From: Octopus vulgaris
Taxonomy: Eukaryota
Direction: 5' to 3'
DNA length: 64,000 nt
Assembly (NCBI GenBank): GCA_951406725.2
Contig: OX597820.1
Span: 128,490,074-128,554,073, forward strand
Shown: positions 13,395-26,278 of the stretch, piece after piece
Layout: the number at the start of each line of letters is the position of its first letter
How positions within the stretch are numbered: the first letter of the stretch is position 1
Made by a program: the position numbers and the translations under genes
The notes under the pieces: model-generated
What the model saw: the letters and a program-made list of their open reading frames with translations, nothing else
Database searches by the model: none
What the model was told of the DNA's origin: nothing

Positions 13395-15186
13395 CTAGCA
13401 GTATCGCCCGGCGTTGCTCGGGTTTGTAAGGGAAATAACTATATAAGCATTTTTTAGAGAGTTATAGCCAAAAAATAGCAAAAAATGCATTAAAAATGGA
13501 AAAAATATGATGGTAAATTTTTTTTTAAATCGTTGACTCATCGTAGACATTTTTAGAGAGTTACTTCCCTTATATAATAGCGAAAAATGCATTAAAATGG
13601 AAAAAAAACGATGGTAAATTTTTTTTTAAATCGTAGACTCATGTAGACGCTTTCTTAGCCATTTCTGTTTTGGTGTCTTCAAGCCATGAAGTCGTTGTTC
13701 TAAAAGAACACTGGTCTCCTTGACAACGCATTACGACGTTGATTTCCTTACACTCCCTTCCCCACAGGTGCAGGTGTGAGCGTGGACGCCAACTCCGCCG
13801 CCATCGACACACGAAAAATTATGCATTAAAATGGAATAAAAAATGATGTTAAATTATTTTTAAAATCGTAGACTCATCGTAGACGCGCGCTAATATTCAG
13901 ACGGGCTCGATATGAATCACGACTATAAGGTACCCGAATTTGGTTAACCTGTACCGCAAAATGTGGGAGTAGTTAGGAATCTAAATCGAAGGGGACAGAC
14001 ACTCACACAACTACAGTTTTATATATATAGATATACATAGCGCAGTAGTGGTGAGATATGACAGCAAAGAAAAGCATACATTCACTCTCTGCATGCAATT
14101 AGACTCGGAAAGTTCGTGAGGAACCCGTTGACCCAATTTGCTGACTTTTCCGATAGCACACAGGTGTCAATGAATGGTTGAATGACCAAATCCAAGCTTC
14201 TCTGCTAGTTCCTCAACAGTTACGATGATATTTTGTTCCACCAGGGTTTTCAGGATGTCCTTGTCGAGTTCTACAGATCTTTCAGGATGAGGCTCGTCTT
14301 CTAGGCTGTAGTTTATGGCTCGGGATTTCTGGAACCACCATTGACACTGCCTTACGCTTATTGTCCAATCCCCATATACTGCATTAATATTTCTTGTACT
14401 TTGCACACATTTATATTCTGTTATTCTTTTATATGTTTCAGCCTTGAGGTTGTGGCCATGCTGGATCATGTGTGTGTGTGTGTGTGTCTATCTGTCTGTC
14501 TGTCTGTATGTATATATGTATATGTATGTGTGTGAACAATAATATTTTCAACAGATGTGTTGCAAATGTATCTGATTGTTCTCAAGCTTCAATACTGTGT
14601 GTGTGTGTATGTGTGTGTGTGTATGTATGTATGTATATGTATGTATGTATGTATATGTATGTATGTATGTGTGTATGTATGTATGTGTGTGTGTATGTGT
14701 GTGTGTATGTATGTATGTATGTATGTATGTATGTATGTATGTATGTATGTATGTATGTATGTATGTATGAGTGTATGTTTACTTTATTACTAATTACTCT
14801 CTTCCAAGAACATTTTCACTCACTCTTAGCTTCCCATACATTTTACTCATGTATCTATCAGCGTCATAGACAGAATACTTTCACTTTAGTCTTCCTCAAA
14901 TCACTCTGTCGCTATTTACTTTCATTTTATTCGTTGCCCACTGTGTGTGTGCGTTTGCGTGTGGTGTAAACCAGACTAAGAAAAGCATTTGACACACACA
15001 CCAGAATGTGAGTTTTCTGTAAATTTTGCTTAATTGGAGTTTAAATTTTAAAAACTGGAGCTGGCATGACGCGATGCATTGTACTCTTAAAACTGCTAGG
15101 TAAATTGTAATTGAAGAAATCCTATATTGTAGATTTGTATAACTCCCAAAGGGAGGCAGATAAAATCTGCCTTTTATAATAAGAGA
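13395..15186 (-). mobile_element. Composite Helitron, unit 4
   Basis: Same termini and internal organisation as unit 3. Confidence 0.8.
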
Positions 15187-15193
15187 TATATAT

Positions 15194-15226
<33 letters not shown>

Positions 15227-15244
15227 CATACATATATATATATA

Positions 15245-16388
15245 CTAGCAGTATCGCCCGGCGTTGCTCGGCGTTGTAAGGGAAATAACTATGTAAGCAT
15301 TTTTAGAGAGTTATAGCCAAAAAATAGCAAAAAAATGCATTAAAAATTGAAAAAAAATTCAGGTAAATTTTTTTTTAAATCGTTGACACATCGTAGATAT
15401 TCTTAGAGAGTTACTTCCCTTATATAAAAGCGAAAAAATCCATTAAAATGGAAAAATATGATGGTAAATCGTAGACTCATCGTAGACGCGCGCTAATACC
15501 TAGAAGGGCTCGATATGAATCACGACTATAAGATACCCGCTTTTGGTTAAACTGCACCGCAAAATGTGGGAGTAGTTACGAATCTAAATCGAAGGGGACA
15601 GACACACAACTTTTTTTTTTCAGTCATAGAGTTAGATTTATGAAGGTCTTCAGTAGAAAATCCTTCGAATTCTGACTCGCTGCTTGATATAATGAAATTC
15701 GTATCCATTTTTTGTCAGAATTACAAATTTTGAAAACACAATAGGAACAAATTTCGGAAAAAAATCTCCCATAATTCACGGAATTAAAATTACACTTCGA
15801 TTTTTGTACAAAACTGTATTTGAAGTGTTTACGAAGTATAATACGTGTTTTCACGAATGTACTAAAGAGATTTACTCTGATATTCTCATTTAAATATGAA
15901 TAGGTAAATTCGGGCGGTTTGGTAACGAAAGGGTTTATATAAGTGTCGTCTGTTTATACATAAACACTGTTTCATACTTTCAGTTTAGTCTTCCTCAAAT
16001 CACTCTGTCGCTAATTTACTCTCTTCCAAGAACATTTTCACTCACTCTTATCTGTTAGCTTCCCATACATTTTACTCATGTATCTATCAGCGTGATAGAC
16101 AGAAACAAATATTACATCTAGTTTCACTTTATTCGTTACACACTGTGTGTGTGCGTTTGCGTGTGCTGTAAACCAGACTAAGAAAAGCATTTGACATACA
16201 CACCAGAATGTGAGTTTTCTGTAAATTTTGCTTAATTGGAGTTTAAATTTTAAAAACTGGACCTGGCATGACGCGATGCATTCTACTCTTAAAAATGCTA
16301 GGTAAATTGTAATTGAAGAAATCCTATATTGTAGATTTCTATAACTCCCAAAGGGAGGCAGATAAAATCTGCCTTTTATAATAAGAGA
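15245..16388 (-). mobile_element. Helitron, unit 5, with a different middle segment
   Basis: Same termini; ~15620-15975 is unrelated to units 2-4. Confidence 0.75.
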
Positions 16389-16439
16389 TAAGAGATATAT
16401 ATACATACATATATATATATTTTATATATATATATATAT

Positions 16440-16501
<62 letters not shown>

Positions 16502-17273
16502 GAATTATGTACCTACTATGGATGCTGTCCAAAAACTAGTAAAAGAATATATCACACAAACACATGTATAATATCTATTTGTATCGGTGTGTATATATAC
16601 ACACACACATGATTAAAAACTAAAGAATATGAAAACTAAAAGAATATATCACACACATTTTTTTGATTTGTGTAAAAAAATCATATACATTGTTCTAAGA
16701 AATAATTTATTTACTTTCTTTAAAAAATTATTTTATTTTATTCAGTAAAATCAACTCATTTGCATACGCGCAAGTCGTAGGATCGACTACTTACGACTAG
16801 CTAGCGCGTGTGCGCGCACCGGGTCCAGTCTTCGCTAGTAGTACCAAGAAATTTTTCAATTTTTATTACTTTCCTATTTCTTCTTCAAAGTATGGAATAT
16901 CACTTGTCTGTCTTACAAGTATTAATATTCTGTAATTAAGTTTTTAAGCAATCCAAATTTAGAATATTACCCCAGCAATTCAAAAGTTACACTTGACTAC
17001 GTAAAAATAAAAATGTTATTCTGTGTTTCTCCTATTAATATAATGTAAATTTTCATTTTGAGGTGTATAGGACTCAAATTTTTTTTTTTAAATAGTTTCC
17101 ATGATTCGATCGAACCATGCTAGAGCATCATGACTGCTATTTCTCCTATACTCTATTTGACAAGAATTAGCTCAGTTACGTCCCTTTAAATTACACACTT
17201 GCATCGCGATAAGTTGGTACACAGTTTTCGCCGGTGAGATTTGACAAGCAGAGCATAGGTCTGTCCAAGGTAC

Positions 17274-17688
17274 GGATCTTTACGGTTTGAACGGCAGTTT
17301 TTTTTTCTAGCGGTGTCATATGAAATTGTCACCCATAATTATGACCCTAGTATCGATCTATTGCATTTCAATCTTTTTTTGGGGTAGGGGTGGGAGGAAG
17401 GGTATGTTTTTTTCTTCACAAATGTAAATAAACCCAATCTGTTTCTTAAACGAGGGACATATTCATACGGCACAGAATGCTTTCACCTCAATAGACGTCA
17501 TTGATTGGTTGAAATTGCAGAAATTGAAGAAGAAAAAACAACAAATATCTTACAAATTATAGAATTTTCTCAATAAAGCCAAGAGAAAAAGATGTTTTAT
17601 ATGCACATTCTACTAGTATACGAAGTCTAAAAGTGTTAAGTTATGTGGAAATTATTTTTAAAAACTGCCGTTCAAACCGAAAATATCT
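17274..17688. mobile_element. Merlin-like MITE, 415 bp
   Basis: TIRs GGATCTTTACGGTTTGAACGGCAGTTTT / AAAACTGCCGTTCAAACCGAAAATATCT; 8-bp TSD CAAGGTAC / CGAGGTAC. Confidence 0.8.
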
Positions 17689-18356
17689 CGAGGTACAAAA
17701 GAAGACGCTTGCTCATGAGAGCTCGTAGAACGATCAAAGCTAGAAGTATGTCGGTGTAACGTGAATTTCTTTCTACATTTTGTGGTGATAGTGATGTAAG
17801 AAGTAAGATCACATGCGGTCGTATCGTGCCGGGAATAAGGTCGCATGCAGCTCTACTCTTAACGAAATCATTACAAGCCATAAAATACATACAACGACAA
17901 TAGGACATAAGTGAATTGACACAAGTCTTCTGTTGGTAGATAAATATTATTTATTTACATATTTTACAATCATGCTGATGTTGGAAGTTTATAAGTGTTA
18001 GCATGTTTTTGTGTCTGGGTGTTCGTGAGGCATAAAAAGGTACTGACCATAGGATTAACCACGGAACTCGGTTTACAGTTCATGTTGTTTGTATCAGTAT
18101 AGCACAGGTAGTAGCAGAAACAATCGCCTATCTCTAAGTTGAGAAGCAAGCAAAAACAATCGCATATCTCTAAGTTGAGCAGTAGGTGGTCTAAGTTAGT
18201 TCTTAGAGGAACTAGAACTCAAGACAAAAATGTCTGTGAAAACTGGTTTATATAATATTTGGTTGGCTCACCGAACTCCAGAAAATGGAATTTTAACCGA
18301 AGGTCTTGATTGGTTGATTCGCGATTGGCGCGAAAATAAGTCGAGACAATTCGCAT

Positions 18357-18453
18357 CACGTGTCAACCAGTGACGCGGACTACGCAGGGACCCTCGTGTT
18401 ACATGTCCACCAGTGACGCGAACTACGCAGGGACCCTCGTGTCACACGTCAAC
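18357..18453. repeat. 43-bp tandem repeat, ~2.3 copies, CpG-rich
   Basis: CCAGTGACGCG(G/A)ACTACGCAGGGACCCTCGTGT at 18367 and 18410. Confidence 0.9.
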
Positions 18454-18719
18454 TAATCAAGTTAGTGTTTAGAAAAAGAACAAGTTGGCCAAAGATGGTT
18501 GTAAGCTCAAACGAGATTATTTCTGCTTTGCCGTTCACACAGTGAAGATATTAGATATCGCTATAGTCATATAACAAAGTGGAGAAACTGCCACGCTACA
18601 GTGAATATTCTGAAAGCAATATCATGCATAGCTAAAATGGTGAGCTGGCAGAATCGTTAGCATGTCGGGCAAAATGCTTAGCAGCATTTCTTCCGTCTTA
18701 ACGTTCTGAGTTCAAATTC

Positions 18720-19825
18720 GGATCTTTTCTGTTTGGCTGCACCAGTGGAAATTTCAAAGTTTATAAAAAAAATTTTAATTTGGTGTATTCATGTAATTTT
18801 CCAAGCTGAGTCTCAGGGGATGTTTCACTTTTTCCAGAAATATTTTTTAAAAAAGTTATAGAGGTTTAGAATTTGGTCATTTTCACCCATAGAAAACAAA
18901 ATTCGGAAGCGGTCATTTTGTGCGTGCAACACGTGTTGTCAACTGTAAACAAATGAAATATTGACGGAATTCTGCTTTACGCACGTCATTTAACCCCTCA
19001 TAACTTACTCTATACTCTTTTACTCGTTTCAGTCATTTGACTGTAGCCATGCTGGAGCACCGCCTTTAGTCGAGCAAATCGACCCCAGGACTTATTCTTT
19101 GTAAGCCTAGTACTTATTCTATTGGTCTCTTTTGCCGAACCGCTAGACTACGGGGACGTAGACAAACCAGCATCGGTTGTCAAGCGATGTTGGGGGGGGG
19201 ACAAACACGGACACACAAACGTATATACACTATATACACACATTCATATATACGGCGGGCTTCTTTCAGTTTCCGTCTACCAAATCCACTCACAAGGCTT
19301 TGGTTGGCCCGAGGCTATAGTAGAAGACACTTGCCCAAGGTGCCACGCAATGGGACTGAACCCGAAACCATGTGGTTGGTAAGCAAGCTACTTACCACAC
19401 AACCACTCCTACGCCTATAACTTCAAATTTTCTTTTGAATTTTTCGATTTTTTTTTGCAAATTTGTACTCTACACACAGGAATTCATACGACTATGCAAA
19501 AATCAAAACAAAAAAATTGGAGGTGCATGATTTAAGACCTATTTAGCTGTTATTTTTAGCACATCTCACCACCACCTCAATGAATAGTATATATTTGTCA
19601 ACACGTGCTTTCTCGCAGACAAAAGACAAGAATGTGTTTGTGGCTTACAATTGGCTAAAATTATCCGGAATTAGCAAACTTTAAAAATTGTTAACTCTTT
19701 ATTCCTTGATTTATGACGAAAATGAATGTCATGGCATTGATTAGCATATAAAACTATATCATTACACCGAATATGAAATCAATTCAATAGAAACTGAAGA
19801 GATTGAAAACGCAGCCAAACAGAAA
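18720..19825. mobile_element. Merlin-like MITE, right end clipped, containing a SINE
   Basis: GGATCTTTTCTGTTTGGCTGC ... GCAGCCAAACAGAAA; terminus resembles the 17274 element; the last 6 bp of the TIR and the right TSD are missing. Confidence 0.68.
19007..19416 (-). mobile_element. OK-like SINE, full length
   Basis: tRNA-like head with A box (TGGTTGTGTGG) and B box (GGTTCAGTCCC), central microsatellite, TSD ATAACTT. Confidence 0.9.
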
Positions 19826-20015
19826 GCCGAAATCGACTTTGCCTTTCATCCTTTCGAGGTCGATAAACTAAGTAGCAGTAGAGCACTGGGGTCGATGTAA
19901 TCGATTAGCCCTCTCCTTCCAACTTGCTGGCCTTGTGCCAAAATTTGAAACAAGTATTACTCATCAAAAACGTATTGTTACCGAGTTTTCTCTGCTTTAT
20001 TCATGCACTAATATT

Positions 20016-20178
20016 CTTTTCTACTCTAGGCACAAGGCACGAAATTTTGGGGGAGGGGACCAGCCGATTAGAACGACCCCAGTACGCAACTAGTACTTAA
20101 TTTATCGACCCCGAAAGGATGAAAGGCAAAGTCGTTGTCGGCGGAATTTGAACTCAAAACATAAAGACAGACGAAATA
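20016..20178 (-). mobile_element. 5'-truncated OR-like SINE
   Basis: 17-bp TSD ATTCATGCACTAATATT at 19999-20015 and 20179-20195. Confidence 0.85.
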
Positions 20179-20278
20179 ATTCATGCACTAATATTGTAAG
20201 TATTCAATTACGTTTAAGGTGAAACAAACCATTTGGTTCTCAACTGCATTTGATTTTATCAAGTAATACTAGATATTA

Positions 20279-20438
20279 TAGGTGCAGGCATGGATGTATA
20301 GTAAGCAGTTTGCTTCTCAACTACATAGTTTCGGGTTCTGTCATACTGCATGAGACCTTGGGCAAACCCTTTCTATTATTAGCACTGCGCCGATCAAAGC
20401 CTTGCGAGTGGACTTTGAAGACGGGAAACCGAAAAAAG

Positions 20439-20490
<52 letters not shown>
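20279..20490 (+). mobile_element. OK-like SINE 5' half ending in (TG)n
   Basis: Head homology, then a pure TG run. Confidence 0.75.
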
Positions 20491-20491
<1 letters not shown>

Positions 20492-21341
20492 CGTAAAGGA
20501 ACCGAGATTTGAAACTTGGGTAGATACCTTATTAAGTTACTTACTCAGCAATAACACGTGTCCGATTGTAATATCTTTTACTCTTTTACTTGTTTCAGTC
20601 ATTTGACTGCAGCCGAGCAAATCGACCCCGGACTTATTCTTCGTCTGAAAATTTTTTCTACGAATTTCGACCCCAAAAATTTTCTTTAAAAAAAGTGGAA
20701 AATTGGTTGGGGAGGTCAAAATGTTGAAATGCTGAATTCTTTTGCAGATTCGGAATCTCCACAATCGAAAACGTTGGTTTCTGTAGACCCCCCCCCCTGA
20801 AAGTGGGTGCGGTCCATGTCGTTTACTCTTTTAAGTAAACTGAAAGCCAGTCCGTCCTTAAACGTGATTGTTTAGTATGCTAGAAATAGCAGTTATTAAG
20901 TATACAAAACAGACACTATTCTGATATTCTAATATGCCGCAAAGGGGAAAAATGTCTATTGCAGTATATTAGGACGCGACATCAAACTCCGAGTAACTTT
21001 CAAATTTCGTTTTGTAGAATGAACACTTTCAGTGAAAAATGAAGAAATGAGAGTAGGATTGAAATTTTAAGTTGCAATTTTTGCCAATATTTGTTTTCAG
21101 TATCGGAATCTACATAGTCGAAAGGTTGGGTTTCCGTTAAAAAAAAAAGGTGGGGGTACGTCTCCGCCATGTACGCCATCTAAATATACCCAACACGCGA
21201 CTGACATTCATACAAAGTTTAAAAAAACAAAATGTATTCGGATTGTAAAAAACAGTTATTGTATAGAGATGCAGCATGAAGTTTTGTCAGTGAACAGGTC
21301 GCGGTCTCAAAGCGACGAAAATATTTTGACTAATTGAATTT

Positions 21342-21505
21342 GGCGTAACTTCGGTATAAGTACCGGATACCTTTCAAGAAAGTGTTTTATTTATATATAT
21401 GGGCAGTTAGGTTTAGGGTTAAGGTTTGGGGTGGGAGAAATGGGTTTCTGTTATCTTCACAAATGTAAACAAAGCCACTTCCGGTACTTATACCGAAGGA
21501 TCGCC
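21342..21505. mobile_element. Merlin-like MITE, 164 bp
   Basis: TIRs GGCGTAACTTCGGTATAAGTACCGGA / TCCGGTACTTATACCGAAGGATCGCC; 8-bp TSD TTGAATTT / TTAAATTT; internal TTAGG(G)-like repeats. Confidence 0.82.
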
Positions 21506-21807
21506 TTAAATTTAAATGTTGAAGTGAATCTAACGGTTTTTGTGTATTTCTTAAAAGGCTTATAAACACCTTCCACGCTGCAATTGTTTTCGTTCCCGCG
21601 CACGATCTCAGATCAAGTCACTGGCTATGCAAGTACATCTCCGTAAAGTTATTGTATATTATTAATAATTAGTTATAGTAATTATAATGATATTTGGCTA
21701 TCTTTCATTGCTATGATATTAATGTTAAAACCACTTTTTAATCCTTTAACTTGACATATTGGTAGCATTTATAATAAACTGATGAAAAAATATTTGAAAA
21801 GGCACCA

Positions 21808-21825
21808 ATACGAAACTAACACTTT
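21808..21825 (+). promoter_or_regulatory. Half-site of the same motif upstream of gene B
   Basis: ATACGAAACTAACACTTT differs by 1 nt from each arm of the gene A palindrome; ~190 nt upstream of the ATG. Confidence 0.45.
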
Positions 21826-22014
21826 GAAACTTCATTTAGTTTAGTTTTTATTATTTACTCCTTAATTGTATTTGCTGAAACAGAAAAAACTCTTGAAGTG
21901 TTCTCGCAATTATCGCTTCGTAGGTTGTAAATATTGTGTTCCATTATAATGCGGCGTTTGAAACCTTACTTTATGTGAACTTTATTATTTTAATCCGCAT
22001 TCATTTCCTCGACG

Positions 22015-22720
22015 ATGCCTCGTCGTGTTGGACGGCCACGAAACCCGACCAGTATTAGCAACAATGTTATGAGCGACAACGAAATCAAGCAAGAACGATG
22101 GACATTCGCTGACATTGTGTTGCAGACTAACTCAATTGATGCAGCAGTTACTTGGCTGGCAAAACACAGACTCATAAGCAATTCTACTGTATGTCCCACT
22201 TGTGGTGACCCGTGTACAGTTGTCCGCTATCAGCAAAGTTGTGACGGGAGGCAGTGGGGATGTGCAAAGGACAGGTTTATTATGTCAATACGCGATGGTT
22301 CGATATTCGCTGGAAGCCACATATCACTACCAAAACTTATATGGTTAATGTACTTATGGTCAAGAGAACACCAACAAATCGAGATGTCGCACGAAACAGA
22401 TGTTGGTGAACGAACTATATCAGACTGGTGTCATTTCATCCGAGAGCGACTCGAATGGTTTCTGGAAGATCATCCGACTGAATTAGGTGACGATCCACCT
22501 GAAATTGGTGGATTCGATTTAGATTCAGGTGAACCAATAATTGTTGAAGTAGGCATGTTTACATTTTTTAAATCGAAACACAATGAAAAGAAACACGAAA
22601 AAGAAGGACACATGGTGTTTGGAGGAATTGAACGCGAAACTGGGAAATGTTTTCTGGTGCCTATCGAACATCAGAATAAAGACGCTTTCGAAGCTATTGT
22701 CACTCGTTGGATTTTACCTG
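22015..22720 (+). CDS. Gene B, coding exon 1: Merlin/IS1595 transposase-derived protein
   Basis: Open ORF from ATG 22015 with CPTCGDPC...WGC, SIRDGSIF, VEVG, VFGGIER and RWILP. Phase-1 donor CCT G|GTATGG at 22721. Confidence 0.88.
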
Positions 22721-23033
22721 GTATGGTTAATTTCTATACATACCTGAAGTAATAGTAGTCATATCATGTAAAAATTATTTTTATTCAGATGGGTTTTTTT
22801 TTCCATCTGCATATCATGCATTCGTGTAAAAATAATTCTTGTTTTAGTCATTGGACTGCAGTCATATGGAAGGGTTTAGTCGATCAAATCGACTCTAGCT
22901 CTTATTTTCAAGTCCGGTACTTATTTTATCAGTCTCTTTAGCCGGACCGCTATGCTACTGGGACGTAAACAAACCAACACCGGTTGTAATGCGGTGGGTG
23001 GCAAATACAGAGACCAACGCACACCCTCACGCA

Positions 23034-23091
<58 letters not shown>

Positions 23092-25982
23092 ACGAGCTTT
23101 CCAGTTTCAACCAAGTTTACTCACAAGTCATTAGTTAACCCGGAGCTGCGGTAGAAGATCCTTGCCCACGGCTCCGCTTGGTGACACTGAACACTTATAA
23201 AGAAAAAGAAAGAAAAAATATTGGTTGTGAAATTCTTAATCACATATCCATGACTGCGCCTAATAAGTCGGGGGGAAAGTCGTTTCTTCTCACACATTGC
23301 CACTTGTCCTATATATATCCAGTATAGAACAAGTATTTGACAATTTCTTCTTTCCATTCACCATCACCGCCTAAAGTTATAACTACATGATTACTTTTAT
23401 CTCATAGTTATATTAAATGTTTAACGAGAACTCGTTAACCCTCATCGACCATATTCGAAAAACGAGTTCGTTCAATCCACAAGAAATAGCAGTCAATCCT
23501 CTTGGGGGGCGGTATTTTGGAATGGTCATCATTTCATTGGTGTTATTCGTGACTTAATTAGGTGAACAGTGGATTGCTCTTATGCTTCCAATAACATGTC
23601 ATTTTTTTCTTTGAGAAGGGGTTGCTAGTCATTGTACAATTCCTGAAGAAGAAACAGTGTGAGTGATTCCCTGTGACCTTTCTTATCACAGTGTAACATT
23701 GCCAATTCAGAAAGAGAGAGGAAATCAACCTTGTACTTAACAGCTACTTTAATTATCAACCCAGAAGAATGAGAAACAAAACCGATCTTTAGCAGGATTT
23801 GAACTAACTTGGAGTGAAGAGAACCAGAACAAATTCCACAAGACATTCTTCTATCTGGCATTCCAATGACTCTGATAATCTTCAGTCTTATCTTAAGAGA
23901 TTAAGGACATTTCTAAAAGAATAGCATTGCAGATTATCTAGTATAACAAAAAACTGTAATTTCTTTGGATGTGTATGTTATTGCATAGTATTATAATCCT
24001 GCACACACAAAAAGAGAAAAAGATGGTAGTGGAGGCAAATGGAAGTTACCTCCTTTCTTTCTATAACTTCTCATTTTTGACTTTTTTTGAAAATTTGTTC
24101 AATTTTATGGTTAAACATCTGTGATTGGTTATTTGAAAAATATGTATAACATAAATCTGCCAAAAAATTTGGAAAATGTCTAAATTGAAAAATTAAAGAA
24201 AAAGAAGGAAGATCATGCCACCTCCTCTTATTCCTATTTATTTATTAATTTTTTTTTCTTCAGAATTGTAATCTGTAATGCTTAAAACATATACATATTT
24301 CTTATAGTCCCATAAAATTGTGTTAAAAAGATAAATTTCAGAGAGTGTCTTCCCACCTCCTTAAGTGTAAATCTTTAGGGTGATTTAGCATTTTTAATGA
24401 TATTTTCCCAGAAAATTTGACAATTATTTCTGACAGTTATGTGGACTATGATAATGTAGGATACAATGTTTTGAAATAAAGAAAATCAATGAAATTGCCA
24501 TCATGATCTGTGTACAAATTATCAACTTGGCCTTCTGAGAAATTCTACAGAAATTCCTTATAATGTTAACTCTTTGCCTGTCCTAAACATTTTCATAAGT
24601 TTGTCCTAAACGTCCATGCTTGTTTTCAGACTTTTTGTTTGCCCTTGTTTTGTACATTCTGAGTCATATAAAGCTTTTCCTTCTTAAGTACCAATTTACT
24701 ATGGTGGTTGAGAAAATTTAAGAATGTTTAGCATAAATGAAACTTAAATGCAGGGAATTATGTCCTGTGTGTCATTTGTGATACACTGGACAGAAAAAAG
24801 ATTCAGGACTGTCATCCTCATTTTAACATTCACTTCTGAGATGTCATCTGCAGAGAAGCTCAATATCATCAGCATAATCTTAGACTTATTATTGCTGTGG
24901 CAAGTGACATGGACTTTGTTACAGAGTCTGGGTTCCTTGGCTCCTTTGTTTTGTCAGTTGAAGTGTGAAGGGCTTATTTTAGACAGATGGTAAATGGTAA
25001 TGGTACAAGCATATCACCTTCCAAGATTCCTGCATTGATTCTAAAGAAATAACTGTCTCAATTAGCTTGATGGTATTTTAGCTCATCTCATGTAAAGAAT
25101 CATTACTGTTGCTACTACTTTGGAAAAAAATTGCTCTCTTTTGCCTCAGTTAGAGTTTTTGAGGAATTCACAAATAGTAAGACTACTTGGGGATTTTGAG
25201 CCCTGACTCTCAACAATTCTTCTGATTGTTAAGTCCAACAGCAAACCAATATTTTTTTGTACCCATTTTGGTTTATTCACAAGATCTCATGTTTAAAATG
25301 AACAGTCCCTCAGAAAAATAATATAACTCCAATCCTGTTCTGTTTGGAAGTAAGAATACCATATAACAAACAGAACACTTCTTTAGCTCTAAGATAAACA
25401 CTGAAAACAAAATTTGAATATTTTGGACAGTGGTATTTTCTTTTTCTGTGTGACAGAGAATAAGCAAATAAACATAATGAAGTGTAAAGAATTAAAGTAT
25501 TCTCGGGTGGGATATGGAGGAAAATGAATCCATGGCAACATAGTTGACTCCGCTAAAGATACCCAAAAGCGACAGATTAAGTCTTCCTGCCCAACAATAG
25601 GAGCAGTCCTTTCAACAACTTTACACACTCTCGTCTCCATCTTGCCAAATTTCCCTCACAATTCTGTCGCTGATTGGAGATATGATAGAAAGTACACTTG
25701 CCTAAGGTACGTTACTGTGAGCTCAAACCTGAAACCATGTTATTACTAAACCTACTTTTTAATCACTCAACTGACCCTGTACCAATAGTTATGCTTTGCT
25801 GGTAAAGAAGGCCACTGTTTCTAAGACTGCTAATATTATTTTCATTGTGTGAACTGCATCTATAATTCAGTTTTAATTCCCAGTAGTGCTTGTGTTTATG
25901 GTGTTCCCCAGAAAGTGCATGAACAGCACTTCTGTTTATCTGAGGTTTAATGACTGTTTAAAAATTCTTATTTTCATTGCAG
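22721..25982 (+). other. 3262-bp GT-AG intron of gene B containing degenerate SINEs
   Basis: GTATGG donor and pyrimidine tract plus CAG acceptor; removal restores the conserved motif. Confidence 0.85.
22836..23195 (-). mobile_element. Degenerate OK-like SINE in the gene B intron
   Basis: Tail, microsatellite and partial head are colinear with the other copies. Confidence 0.7.
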
Positions 25983-26278
25983 GTACCCATATTGTGTCTG
26001 ATGTATGGGCTGAATATCTCCAAATCGACCAGATCCAGCAAGGGATATATACTCATGAATATATAGATTATGAAGATCCAAATGATTCTGAAATCCACAC
26101 CAGAAACATTGACAAGATGTGGTTAGAAGTCAAGAGAAAATTGCGACAAAAACATGGAACTCGTGACAAAGTTACAGTTCAGTCTTTATTAACCGAATTC
26201 ATGTGGAGGTCTCATTTTAAGAATAATGATAAATTTGCTGCCCTAATTTATTCTCTCAGACACTTATATAAACTTTAA
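25983..26278 (+). CDS. Gene B, coding exon 2 (C-terminal half of the ISXO2-like DDE domain); spliced product 333 aa
   Basis: Acceptor TTTTCATTGCAG|GT at 25982. Splicing gives WILP-G-THIVSDVWAEY, matching the family motif ILPGTxIxSDxWxAY, then IHTRNIDKMWLEVKRKL and EFMWR. Exon lengths 706+296=1002 nt, in frame. AATAAA overlaps the stop (26277-26282). Confidence 0.88.

Larger units (their letters stand above)
18638..19955 (+). mobile_element. OR-like tRNA SINE interrupted by a MITE
   Basis: Head ggtgagctggcagaatcgttagca...gagttcaaattc ends at 18719 and resumes as gccgaaatcgactttgcctttcatcc at 19826. Confidence 0.78.

Noticed and set aside
7891-15275. Recurring 30-bp palindromic CTAGCAGTATCGCCCGGCGTTGCTCGG as a CRISPR-like repeat
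   Set aside because: Spacing is 1.5-2 kb, the intervening DNA is duplicated, the context is eukaryotic, and the motif fits a Helitron 3' terminus.
19330-19416. tRNA genes at SINE heads
   Set aside because: A/B boxes continue into SINE bodies with TSDs; no full cloverleaf.
21405-21432. TTAGG(G) repeats as interstitial telomere
   Set aside because: Only a few degenerate units, internal to a MITE.
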